Assembly (NCBI GenBank): GCA_965659595.1
Contig: CBFHWN010000001.1
Span: 9,139-73,138 of the forward strand
Origin: an uncultured Ilumatobacteraceae bacterium
GTDB taxonomy: Bacteria > Actinomycetota > Acidimicrobiia > Acidimicrobiales > Ilumatobacteraceae
Length of the DNA: 64,000 nt
Reading direction: 5' to 3'
A program made the translations under genes and the position numbers. Positions within the stretch are counted from its first letter, which is position 1. Each line of letters opens with the position of its first letter. The notes under the pieces are model-generated. The model worked only from the letters and a program-made list of their open reading frames with translations. It had not been told where the DNA came from and searched no databases. Positions 19,523-28,420 of the stretch are shown piece after piece.

Positions 19523-20731
19523 TCAGAAGCGGACCGGCATCGAGTGGATACCGGCGATGAAGCTCGAATGCATGCGCTCGGCCACGCCATTGGATTCGAG
19601 ATGAGGCATTCGAGTCAGGATTTCCCGGAACATCACCATCAACTCCACTCGAGCCACGTGCATACCGAGGCACAAGTGGGGACCGCCCGCGCCGAAGGCA
19701 ACGTGCGGGTTGGGGTCGCGTGCGACGTCGAATTCGTCAGCCCGATCGAACACGTCCTCGTCACGATTGGCCGATCCGTAGAACATCACCACTCGATCGC
19801 CCTTCGGAATCTTCTGACCACGAATTTCGACGTCCTCCATGACGGTGCGCTTGAAGTGGGCCACGGGGCTCGTGTACCTGAGCATCTCTTCGATCGCCGT
19901 CGGCAGTAGTCCGTCGACATCAGCCATCAACTTCGTTCGTTGATCGGGATGATCGAAGAGGAGTTGCATCCCAGCGGCCAGCAGATTACGAGTCGTATCA
20001 CCTCCGGCGTTCACGAGCAGAAGGAAGAACCACTGGAACTCGGAGTCGGTGAGGCGATCGCCGTCGATCTCGGCTTCTACGAGAAGGGTCGCCAGATCGT
20101 CGCTCGGATTCGAGCGTTTGAAGTCGGCCACCGACTGCGCATAGCCGAGCATCTCCCCGATCGCGGCCATCTTGACCTCGGGCGGTGCGACGGTGTCGTC
20201 GTTCGTGTGCATGATCTCGGTGAGGTCGTAGAGACGTTCGCCATCGACGCGAGGCATCCCCATGAGTTCGGCGATCAGCCCGGACGGAAGACGGCCGGCG
20301 ATCTCGCTCACGAAATCGCACTCACCACGTTCGATCACTGCGTCGACAATCTCGCGTGCGAGTTCTTCGATGCGAGGACGCAACAAAGGCGCGTTCTTCG
20401 GGGTGAAACCGCGGCTCACGAGCAACTTGAAACGATCGTGTTGCGGTGGATCCATGTTGAGCATCATCTGCCGACCGGCGAACAGATTGGCCTCGTCGGG
20501 ATCGGGAAGCATCGACGTCTTCTCGTACGAACTGAAGATCTTCGGCGAGCGGCTCACCGTCTTCACGTCGTCGTACTTGGTGAGCGCCCAGAAACCCGGG
20601 CCGCTCTCCGGTGGCTCGTGGTGCCAGAAGACGGGCTCGTTGGCTCGCAACCAGGCGTACTGTTCCCACGGGTGCCCGCGCTGGGCGAACACCTCGGGCG
20701 AGATCAGGTCGATCTGTTCGGCTGTGATCAC
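19523..20731 (-). CDS. Cytochrome P450
   Basis: Heme loop FGAGGPHLCLGMHVAR, ExxR in EEMLRY, and I-helix LLLVNAGGDTT. The GTG start is preceded by GGGAGGGG. Confidence 0.92.
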   Translation of the reverse strand: MITAEQIDLISPEVFAQRGHPWEQYAWLRANEPVFWHHEPPESGPGFWALTKYDDVKTVSRSPKIFSSYEKTSMLPDPDEANLFAGRQMMLNMDPPQHDRFKLLVSRGFTPKNAPLLRPRIEELAREIVDAVIERGECDFVSEIAGRLPSGLIAELMGMPRVDGERLYDLTEIMHTNDDTVAPPEVKMAAIGEMLGYAQSVADFKRSNPSDDLATLLVEAEIDGDRLTDSEFQWFFLLLVNAGGDTTRNLLAAGMQLLFDHPDQRTKLMADVDGLLPTAIEEMLRYTSPVAHFKRTVMEDVEIRGQKIPKGDRVVMFYGSANRDEDVFDRADEFDVARDPNPHVAFGAGGPHLCLGMHVARVELMVMFREILTRMPHLESNGVAERMHSSFIAGIHSMPVRF

Positions 20732-20765
20732 GTTCCCCTCCCGAACGCGTCGAAACGTCGTGAGT

Positions 20766-22325
20766 TCAGGGTCCGACGACGTCGGCGAACTGGACGCGCA
20801 GATCCTTCTTCAGTGCCTTGCCCGACGGATTGCGCGGCACGACGTCGACGAAGCGCACCGCCACCGGCTGCTTGAAGCGTGCCAACTTGCCTTCGCAGTG
20901 GGCCAGCACGTCGGCCTCGGTGAGTGCGGAATCCTTCTTCACCACGATCGCGAGCGGCGACTCGCCCCACTTCTGCGAAGGGATGCCGATGACCGCCGTC
21001 TCGGTGACACCGGGGTGACTCATGATCACGTTCTCGATCTCGGCCGGGTACACGTTCTCTCCACCCGAGATGATCATGTCCTTGATGCGGTCCTGGATGA
21101 AGACGTAGCCCTCCTCGTCCATGATTCCGCCGTCACCGGTGTGCAGCCAGCCGTCCTTCAGAGCATCAGCGGTGGCGTCGGGACGATTCCAGTACCCGAG
21201 CATGATGTGGCCGCCGCGCACGAGAACTTCACCCGATTCGTTGGGGGCACATTCGGTGCCGTCAGGGCGCACGATCTTCACGTCGGAAAGGAAGAAGCTC
21301 TTGCCCGTCGATCCAGCCTTCTCGAGTGCGTCGGCCGGCATCGTCACACAGGCTGGACCACACGTCTCGGTGAGTCCATACACCTGGCTGATCTCGATAC
21401 CGATCTTGTAGTACGCCTCGATCAAGGGAACCGGGACCGGCGCCGCCCCCGTCAACAGCCATCGCACATGTTCGTGCTTGTGCTTCGCAGGGTCGTGCAC
21501 GAGCAACATGAACTGAAGCATGGCCGGAACGAGGAGTCCGTTGTTGATGCGCTCCGAGTCGATGAGTTCCCAGACCTTGGTCGGGTCGAACGCCTTCATG
21601 AGAACGTGAGTTCCACCGATGAAGATCGTGCCGAGTGCCGGTGTGAGGGCACCCACATGGAACATGGGCATCGGGTTGATGTAGCGATCGCCCTGTCCGA
21701 GATCGGCCGTCGTGCACATGGTGGCCAAAGCCCAGTACTGCGTGTCGTGCGAGTGCATGACACCCTTCGGCAAGCCCGTCGTGCCCGAGGTGTACATGAT
21801 GTAGAGGAGGTCGTCACCCGATGCCGTGACCGGCGGTTCGATGGGCTGTTCCTTGGCCGACTCGGCCACGTAGTCGTGCGCGAAGTCGGGCTTGTTCGCC
21901 GCCGATCCGACGTAGAGCCACGCACTGACGTCGGTCTTGGAGCCGCGCGACTGCAGGTCGACGGCGACCGGTGCGAACTCTTCACCGAACACGAGTGCGG
22001 TGGTGCCCGAGTCCTTCAGGATGAACTCGAGTTCGTCGGCGACGAGACGCCAGTTCAGCGGAACGATGACCGCGCCGAGTTTTGCCGTGGCGAAGAACGA
22101 CGTGAGGTACTCGGCCGAGTTCATGAGGAGAAGGCCGACGCGGTCGCCTTTCTTCACTCCGGCGCGCATCAGGAGCTGCGCGGCTTTGTTGGTCTCGGCG
22201 TTGAGTTCGGCATAGGTGTACCGGCGCTCGGCGGCGACGTCGTACAAGGCCTCCATCTTCGCGTTCACGTGAGCGCGGCGGGCGAGCAGATTTCCGATGT
22301 TGATCGCTGTCGTCATACCCGACAT
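20766..22325 (-). CDS. AMP-dependent acyl-CoA synthetase/ligase
   Basis: AMP-binding motif YTSGTTGLPKGVMHSH, plus TGDGG and a C-terminal PRNPSGKALKK. Confidence 0.9.
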   Translation of the reverse strand: MSGMTTAINIGNLLARRAHVNAKMEALYDVAAERRYTYAELNAETNKAAQLLMRAGVKKGDRVGLLLMNSAEYLTSFFATAKLGAVIVPLNWRLVADELEFILKDSGTTALVFGEEFAPVAVDLQSRGSKTDVSAWLYVGSAANKPDFAHDYVAESAKEQPIEPPVTASGDDLLYIMYTSGTTGLPKGVMHSHDTQYWALATMCTTADLGQGDRYINPMPMFHVGALTPALGTIFIGGTHVLMKAFDPTKVWELIDSERINNGLLVPAMLQFMLLVHDPAKHKHEHVRWLLTGAAPVPVPLIEAYYKIGIEISQVYGLTETCGPACVTMPADALEKAGSTGKSFFLSDVKIVRPDGTECAPNESGEVLVRGGHIMLGYWNRPDATADALKDGWLHTGDGGIMDEEGYVFIQDRIKDMIISGGENVYPAEIENVIMSHPGVTETAVIGIPSQKWGESPLAIVVKKDSALTEADVLAHCEGKLARFKQPVAVRFVDVVPRNPSGKALKKDLRVQFADVVGP

Positions 22326-22335
22326 CGTGTCACAG

Positions 22336-22347
22336 GAAACCGGTTTC
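22336..22347. promoter_or_regulatory. Perfect 12-bp palindrome GAAACCGGTTTC, 10 nt upstream of the CoA-ligase start
   Basis: Read directly from the sequence. It lies in the 36-nt gap between the lipoprotein stop and the ligase ATG. Confidence 0.25.
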
Positions 22348-22361
22348 GGGTAGAGCCGGGC

Positions 22362-23951
22362 TCAAGGAAGCGGATACCCCGCGGCCGAGGCCTTCACCGC
22401 ATCGGCGTCCTCGGGCAGGATCGCACCGTTGGCCACGGCGCTGTCGACCGCTGCATCCCACTTCGCCCGGAAGTCGGCTTTGTCGGCGTACAGGCTGGCC
22501 AATTGCTCGTCGGTGAACGAGGCCGTAGTGCCGAACAGTCCGCAGAAGCTCTCACCCGACTGGCCGAGACCCGACAACGCGGCTACCGGTACATCGACAT
22601 GGGGAGTACGAATGCCACCGAGGGCATTGCCGTTCGCGTCGAGTTCGTATCCGGTGAGATCGGCGTTGGCCTCCAACTTCGGTGTGGAGGCTGGAGCCAC
22701 TCCGGTGCGAACCCAGTTGTCGAGGGCGCGCACCGCAGCGCGCAACACGTACGTGTGCGGACCGGCATTGATCGGCTTCTCACAGGTCACGATCCCGAAG
22801 TACACAGAAGAAGGAGCGTCGAGCATGGCCGCGAACAGTGCATCGTCACCTCCACCGTCGCCGGTATCGGTCTCGCTGATCCCGAGGCTGTACGCGTCGG
22901 CGTGGGCGGTCCCGGTCACTTCCCAACTGCGGAAATTGTCGGTCGCGGGCTGTTCGGCGCGGCGATACCCGAGGCGGTCACCCACCACGTCGGTCTCGGC
23001 CGAAAACACCAGAACCGGACGTCCGACATCGCGGATCTGCGCGATCTCGGGTCCGGTCACGCTCGGTCGCGGCTCGGAGAGCAGATTGGCGGCACGGGCT
23101 CCGCGACTGTGGACCAGATACGCGTGGTACACGTCGTGAAGCGGTGCAAGCGCATTGATGTAACTGGTGAGTCGGAACGCCGATTGCGACTCACCAGCCG
23201 CGATCACGCGCTCGGGTGTGAGGCCGCCGAGCAGTGTCGACGACTCGTTCCACACGAGAGCACCTATCTGGCTGAACATGTCGTAGCTGTAGTCGTCGCC
23301 GGGATGATTCAACGTTTCGTACCGTTCGGGGTCGGCAATCTTCAGCACCCGTGGTGCCCCGGTCGGATTGCCGCCGCCTTCCACGCCGACGCGCTGGGCC
23401 GAGACACCGACCCACACCATGCCCGAACGCAAGATCTCGTTCTTGGCCAGATCGAACGACGGCGACACGTCGAGGCCGGCCGTCACGTTCAGCCACTCGA
23501 CCATGACGGTTCCGTTGAAGCGGGCCGGATCTTCCGGCGCGCGCACCACGATGCGCGTGGCGTAGTCGGCGGTGTCGTGCGGAGCGACGGACCACTCGCC
23601 GTCGGTCGAGAGTTCGGTGTCGGACGTATAACTCGACGCCGTGCCGCGCACGAAGAATTCGTTCTCGGTGTATTCCCACGTCGTCACGTCGAACGGGCTG
23701 ACTCCGAGGACCACTTCGCCGAGCCCACCGGTGATCGGACCTTCGATGGCCGCCGCCGCCACGTCGGTGAGAGTCGGCCTCGTCGGCGCGTACGGGGCCT
23801 CGCTCGTGGTGGTGGTCGGCGCCTCGGTAGCGACCGGGGCCACCGAGGTCTCAGTTGCCACGGTCGGAGCCACCGAATCGCTGGATCCACCGTCGTCACC
23901 ACCACACGCAACAAGGAGCAGGCAAACAGCGGGGATCAAGCGTCGCATCAT
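22362..23951 (-). CDS. Secreted lipoprotein, possibly an alpha/beta-hydrolase-like enzyme
   Basis: Lipobox MMRRLIPAVCLLLVAC|GG after the internal ATG 23951, followed by a Thr/Ala/Pro-rich linker. GESQSA is a nucleophile-elbow-like motif. The function call is weak. Confidence 0.65.
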   Translation of the reverse strand: MMRRLIPAVCLLLVACGGDDGGSSDSVAPTVATETSVAPVATEAPTTTTSEAPYAPTRPTLTDVAAAAIEGPITGGLGEVVLGVSPFDVTTWEYTENEFFVRGTASSYTSDTELSTDGEWSVAPHDTADYATRIVVRAPEDPARFNGTVMVEWLNVTAGLDVSPSFDLAKNEILRSGMVWVGVSAQRVGVEGGGNPTGAPRVLKIADPERYETLNHPGDDYSYDMFSQIGALVWNESSTLLGGLTPERVIAAGESQSAFRLTSYINALAPLHDVYHAYLVHSRGARAANLLSEPRPSVTGPEIAQIRDVGRPVLVFSAETDVVGDRLGYRRAEQPATDNFRSWEVTGTAHADAYSLGISETDTGDGGGDDALFAAMLDAPSSVYFGIVTCEKPINAGPHTYVLRAAVRALDNWVRTGVAPASTPKLEANADLTGYELDANGNALGGIRTPHVDVPVAALSGLGQSGESFCGLFGTTASFTDEQLASLYADKADFRAKWDAAVDSAVANGAILPEDADAVKASAAGYPLP

Positions 23952-24005
23952 GTGTGCGCAACGTAGTCCGCCACCCGGAACGATGTTGGATCGGCGACTT
24001 GATAG

Positions 24006-24021
24006 ATACCCCATAGGGTAT
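24006..24021. promoter_or_regulatory. Inverted repeat ATACCC-CATA-GGGTAT (CsoR/RcnR/CstR-operator-like) in the divergent promoter region
   Basis: Two 6-bp perfect arms in an AT-flanked context (AGATACCCCATAGGGTATATAAGG), 14 nt upstream of the rhodanese ATG at 24035. Confidence 0.35.
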
Positions 24022-24034
24022 ATAAGGTGAACCC

Positions 24035-24460
24035 ATGAACCGCCGACGAATGATCCTCTCCCTCGCTGGACTCACCCTCGCCCTCGGCCCCATGGTTGGC
24101 TGTGGAGGAGACAGCTCGGCCACCCCGGAACAGCCCGCCGTGGCCGCCGACCCATCAAGCACAAACTCTTCAGACGAAGCACCCGCAAAGGACACTCGCA
24201 TGATCATCGACGTTCGCACGCCCGCCGAATTCACCGGCGGCCACCTCGACGGGGCCGTCAACATCGACATCCAGTCCCCCGATTTCGCAAGCCAAATCGA
24301 CGCTCTCGACCGCAATGGCTCCTACGTCGTGTACTGCCGTAGCGGTAACCGCTCGGGGATGGCCATGACCCAGATGCTCGATATGGGCTTCACCGACGTG
24401 AGCAACGCCGGCAGTGTCGAGGAGGCGTCGAACAGCCTCGGTATCGCCGTCGTCAACTGA
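24035..24460 (+). CDS. Single-domain rhodanese (sulfurtransferase) lipoprotein
   Basis: Lipobox LGPMVGC|GG and the rhodanese active-site loop YCRSGNRSG, preceded by DVRTPAEFTGGH. Confidence 0.85.
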   Translation: MNRRRMILSLAGLTLALGPMVGCGGDSSATPEQPAVAADPSSTNSSDEAPAKDTRMIIDVRTPAEFTGGHLDGAVNIDIQSPDFASQIDALDRNGSYVVYCRSGNRSGMAMTQMLDMGFTDVSNAGSVEEASNSLGIAVVN

Positions 24461-24462
24461 TC

Positions 24463-25176
24463 ATGTCCGAGTCGCGCATCGTCGTCCAAAGGGCCGACTC
24501 TCGACCGCACACGAACATCTCGTGGCTCGACAGTCGGCATTCGTTCAGCTTCGGATCGCACTGGGATCCGAACAACACCGGGCATGGACTCCTGCTCGTC
24601 AACAACGACGACGTCGTGCGCGCTGGTAGTGGATTCGACACGCATCCCCACCAGGACATGGAGATCGTCACCTGGGTCCTCGACGGTGAACTCGAGCACA
24701 AGGACAGTGAAGGCAACCGCGGACTCCTCTACCCCGGTCTCGCGCAGCGCATGTCGGCCGGCACGGGTATCTGGCACTCCGAAATGAACCCGAACGGCGA
24801 CACCGACGTGCACTTCGTGCAGATGTGGGTGCTTCCCGACACTGAACGGGTCGATCCGAGCTATCAGCAGCTCGACATCAACAGCGAACTCGCCAAGGGT
24901 GGCCTCGTGCCGATCGCATCCGGGAAAGGTCACGACGCGGCCATCAGCATTCGTCAGCGCGACGCCATCCTGTGGGGCGGACGTCTCATGGCCGGAGAGA
25001 CCGTTCGCGTTCCCGACGACCGACACGTCCACATGTTCCTCGCTCGTGGTTCGGCGTCGCTCGATCACGCCGGTGAACTCGCAACGGGCGATGCTGCTCG
25101 GCTGTTCTCGGTGGGCGACATCGGTCTCGTGGCTGGTGACGACGGCGCCGAGGTGCTCGTCTGGGCCACGGCCTGA
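24463..25176 (+). CDS. Pirin-family protein
   Basis: Cupin metal motif HPHQDMEIVTWVLDGELEHKDS and the typical length (237 aa). It starts 3 nt after the rhodanese stop. Confidence 0.9.
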   Translation: MSESRIVVQRADSRPHTNISWLDSRHSFSFGSHWDPNNTGHGLLLVNNDDVVRAGSGFDTHPHQDMEIVTWVLDGELEHKDSEGNRGLLYPGLAQRMSAGTGIWHSEMNPNGDTDVHFVQMWVLPDTERVDPSYQQLDINSELAKGGLVPIASGKGHDAAISIRQRDAILWGGRLMAGETVRVPDDRHVHMFLARGSASLDHAGELATGDAARLFSVGDIGLVAGDDGAEVLVWATA

Positions 25177-25206
25177 GGCCCGAATCACGGCAACTACTGT
25201 TCGTCC

Positions 25207-25617
25207 ATGCCCAACCAGCACTCAGCCGAGGCCGCCGTCGCCGCCCACGTCGACGCTTGGAACTCGATGGATCGCGACAGTTGGGTCGGGCTCTTCTCTC
25301 CTGACGTGGTGTTCGAAGATCCGGTCGGCGCACCACCAAAAGTGGGCCTCGATGCGGTGCACAAGACGTGGGATCGCTCGTTCACGCCGGGTCGTCGATG
25401 GACTCTGCATCCTCGACAGATCGTGGCCGGAGGTGACGTGGAGGCCGCCGTCGTCATGCACAACGTCGGCGAACTCGACGACAAACGCGTGGAAGTGAGC
25501 AGTGTCGAAATCTTCTCAGTCGATACGAACGGCCTCATCGTGCGCATCCGAGCGTTCTTCGATCAGCCGACCGAGTTCACTCTCGCCGACTGGTTCACTC
25601 CCGAACGCTCGGAATGA
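25207..25617 (+). CDS. NTF2/SnoaL-like (ketosteroid-isomerase-like) protein
   Basis: 136 aa. The N-terminal AAVAAHVDAWNSMDRDSW...DVVFEDP pattern is typical of SnoaL-like folds. Confidence 0.72.
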   Translation: MPNQHSAEAAVAAHVDAWNSMDRDSWVGLFSPDVVFEDPVGAPPKVGLDAVHKTWDRSFTPGRRWTLHPRQIVAGGDVEAAVVMHNVGELDDKRVEVSSVEIFSVDTNGLIVRIRAFFDQPTEFTLADWFTPERSE

Positions 25618-25626
25618 TCCTCGCCA

Positions 25627-26391
25627 TCAGACGGTGAGTGTGTTGATGAAGATCTGCCACGCGAGAGCCGACTTCGCCGTGAGACTCAGGATCAGATACA
25701 CCTTCTCGCCGAAGAGGTAGTCGGCCCACTTGCCGATGCGCTTGTACTGGAGCCACTGGTTGAGAGCGAAGCAGTTGAAGAACACGAAGATGCTGGCGAA
25801 GATGCCGTAGACGAAGTTCGGCATGTCACTGCCAGGACCGATGAGGTAGATCAAGAGTCCGATCCACGGTGCCACTCCGGCGATGCAGCCGAACCAGAAC
25901 GGCGCCCACCACACTTTCTTGCCCGGCTCGTTGACGACTTCCATCACCCAGCCGAACAGGATCATCGCCACGTTGGCGCCCGCGATGGCGATGAGCCCGG
26001 CCACGTCACCGATCCCAAAGATCATGGCGATGAGAAGGATCATCAGAGTCGACGACAACGAGTACTCGACCCAGCGGAAACGATTCACTTCTCGTTCGAG
26101 TCCGGCCACGTAGCGAGAGCGGCCCCATGGCGATGCGACGAGCACGTGAAAGATTGCCGACAGAATCAGGAAGCCGAAAACTCCGTACGCAATACGTACG
26201 TCGAAGAGGCGATCGAGTCGTTCGATGTCGAGCCGACCATTGGGTGCGTCGTTCCAGAAGAAGCTCGTGACCGGAAGTGTGAAGTCGTTGGCCGCAACCA
26301 ATACGACGACGGCCTGAACGGCGTGAAGGACTGCAGCTCCGACGTTGAGTCGCTGGAGTCGTGACTGCCTTGCCTGATCGATTGTCGACAT
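25627..26391 (-). CDS. Heliorhodopsin (7-TM retinal-binding protein)
   Basis: 254 aa, near-colinear with heliorhodopsin 48C12 as I recall it. Shared blocks include ANDFTLP, FRWVEYSLSS (counterion Glu109), ILFGW, PFWFGCIAGVAPWIGLLIYLIGPGS, FFNCFALNQWLQYK and LSLTAKSALAWQIF (Schiff-base Lys240, codon 25674-25672). His23 and His82 are retained. GAGGAGG lies upstream of the ATG. Confidence 0.9.
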   Translation of the reverse strand: MSTIDQARQSRLQRLNVGAAVLHAVQAVVVLVAANDFTLPVTSFFWNDAPNGRLDIERLDRLFDVRIAYGVFGFLILSAIFHVLVASPWGRSRYVAGLEREVNRFRWVEYSLSSTLMILLIAMIFGIGDVAGLIAIAGANVAMILFGWVMEVVNEPGKKVWWAPFWFGCIAGVAPWIGLLIYLIGPGSDMPNFVYGIFASIFVFFNCFALNQWLQYKRIGKWADYLFGEKVYLILSLTAKSALAWQIFINTLTV

Positions 26392-26484
26392 GAGTACCTC
26401 CTCGGTCCGAGGTCGAGCCTACGGAATTCGTGGTGTCGGCGAGTTCGAGAACGAAAGATCGACCACCTCTGTTACCGTTCTCGC

Positions 26485-28392
26485 GTGACTCTCGACATCA
26501 GCCAGAAGGACGCCACCGTCCACACGTCGTCGTTCAATCGCTCACGGGAGTTCAATCTCGACCCGGCCGACTTCGATCGAGCACAGCGAGGCTGGATCGC
26601 CTCACTTGCCGACGTTCACGTGCGCGACAACGAAGGCCGAACGGCGAGCAACATCGGGCGCTACGACTTCCTCCACGACGACTACCCCGACACCGTCCAC
26701 CCAAGTCTGTGGAGACAGGCCCGCCTCAACGCCCATCACGGTCTCTTCGAGGTGGCCGAAGGCGTGTGGCAGGTACGCGGCTACGACATCTCCAACATCA
26801 CGTTCGTACGCGGCGAAGAGGGATGGATCGTGATCGATCCACTCACGGTGGAAGCGACTGCTCGGGCTGCCTACGACCTCGTGACCGAACACCTCGGCCA
26901 TCGTCCGGTCACCGCCGTCATCTACACCCACTCGCACGCCGATCACTTCGGCGGCGTTCTCGGTGTCACCTCACAGGCCGACGTCGATGCCGGCAAATGT
27001 CGGGTGATCGCGCCGGTCGGATTCCTGCATGAGACAGTCGGCGAGAACGTCATCGCCGGCGTCGCTATGGGTCGGCGCGCCACCTACCAGTTCGGACCTC
27101 TCCTTCCGAGTGGACCCAAAGGGCACGTCAACTGCGGACTCGGACTGTCGATTCCGGTCGGGCCCCCTGGACTCATCGCACCCACCGAGGACGTCATCGA
27201 AACGGGTGAGATCAAGGTCGTCGACGGAGTTCGCATCGAATTCCAGCTCACACCCGAGACCGAAGCGCCGGCCGAGATGAACTTCTTCTTCCCCGACCAG
27301 GGGTGGTTGTGCATGGCCGAGAACTGCTCGCACACCATGCACAATCTCGTCCCGATCCGAGGAGCGCTGGTGCGCGACTCGTTGTCGTGGTCGAAGTACA
27401 TCAACGAAGCGATCGAACTGTTCGGTTCGCGCACCGAGGTGATGTTCACGTCGCACAACTGGCCTCGTTGGGGAGCCGACGACGTGCACGGGTTCTTGTC
27501 TCTGCAACGCGACATGTACCGCTGGATCCACGACCAGACCATGCGACACGCGAATCTTGGTTTCACCCCGCTCGAGATCTCTGAACATCTGGAACTCCCC
27601 GAGGAGTTCCTCGCCGAGACCCACACGCGCGGCTACTACGGCGACCTCGTGCACAACTCGAAGGCCGTGTACCAGCGCTATCTCAGTTGGTACGACGCCA
27701 ACCCGGCCAACTTGAACAAGTTGCCACCGACCGAAGCCGGGAGGCGTTATGTCGAATTGGCCGGCGGACCGGCCGCGTTGCTCGTCACAGCTCGGCGCGC
27801 CTTCGACGCCGGCGACTATCGCTGGGTCGCCGAACTCGTCAACCATCTGGTGTTCGCCGACCCTTCCAACGAGGAAGCTCGATCGCTCCAGGCCGACACT
27901 CTGGAACAACTCGGCTACCAGAGTGAGTCGACCACCTTCCGCAACGCGTATCTCATGGGCGCGCAAGAGCTCCGGCACGGCCCCCCACAACTAGGAAATT
28001 CCACCGTCCGTGGTCGAGGCATCCTCGCCGCCATGACGATCGAACAGATCTTCGACACTCTTGCCGTCCGACTGAAGGCCGAAGCCGTCGTCGGGGTGAA
28101 ACTTTCGGTCAATTGGACCTTTCCCGATCTGACCGGAAGCCTCGACGAGAAGTGGGTGCTCGCGGTGTCGAATCGAACGATGTACTCGGTACGGGGACGA
28201 CACGACGACGATGCCGTTGCAACTCTTCGACTCGATCGTTCACTGTTGATCCGGATCATCACTCAGGAGACGTCGTTCGTGGACGAGATCGGTGCTGGGA
28301 ACATCATTCTCGACGGGGATGCTGGTGCGCTGTTGACGGTGTTCGGCAACCTCGACGTTTTCATGGGCGGCTTCACCATCGTCGAACCCTGA
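26485..28392 (+). CDS. MBL-fold alkyl/aryl-sulfatase (SdsA1-like: MBL + dimerisation + SCP2-like domain)
   Basis: MBL motif [11 protein letters not shown]. The length (635 aa) and the C-terminal region are typical of type III alkylsulfatases. Confidence 0.85.
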   Translation: MTLDISQKDATVHTSSFNRSREFNLDPADFDRAQRGWIASLADVHVRDNEGRTASNIGRYDFLHDDYPDTVHPSLWRQARLNAHHGLFEVAEGVWQVRGYDISNITFVRGEEGWIVIDPLTVEATARAAYDLVTEHLGHRPVTAVIYTHSHADHFGGVLGVTSQADVDAGKCRVIAPVGFLHETVGENVIAGVAMGRRATYQFGPLLPSGPKGHVNCGLGLSIPVGPPGLIAPTEDVIETGEIKVVDGVRIEFQLTPETEAPAEMNFFFPDQGWLCMAENCSHTMHNLVPIRGALVRDSLSWSKYINEAIELFGSRTEVMFTSHNWPRWGADDVHGFLSLQRDMYRWIHDQTMRHANLGFTPLEISEHLELPEEFLAETHTRGYYGDLVHNSKAVYQRYLSWYDANPANLNKLPPTEAGRRYVELAGGPAALLVTARRAFDAGDYRWVAELVNHLVFADPSNEEARSLQADTLEQLGYQSESTTFRNAYLMGAQELRHGPPQLGNSTVRGRGILAAMTIEQIFDTLAVRLKAEAVVGVKLSVNWTFPDLTGSLDEKWVLAVSNRTMYSVRGRHDDDAVATLRLDRSLLIRIITQETSFVDEIGAGNIILDGDAGALLTVFGNLDVFMGGFTIVEP

Positions 28393-28420
28393 AAGTGACG
28401 CCCTCTGGTTGAATGGGGAC

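Noticed and set aside
20262-23966. A very long plus-strand ORF (1234 aa) spanning 3.7 kb
   Set aside because: It runs antisense to two well-supported minus-strand genes, the AMP-ligase and the lipoprotein. Its translation is Arg/Gly/His-rich with no motifs. This is a typical stop-codon-poor shadow frame in high-GC DNA.
26400-26412. The near-palindrome CCTCGGTCCGAGG overlapping the heliorhodopsin Shine-Dalgarno, considered as a possible translational switch
   Set aside because: The possible stem is only about 4 bp once a viable loop is allowed. That is too weak to claim a regulatory structure.
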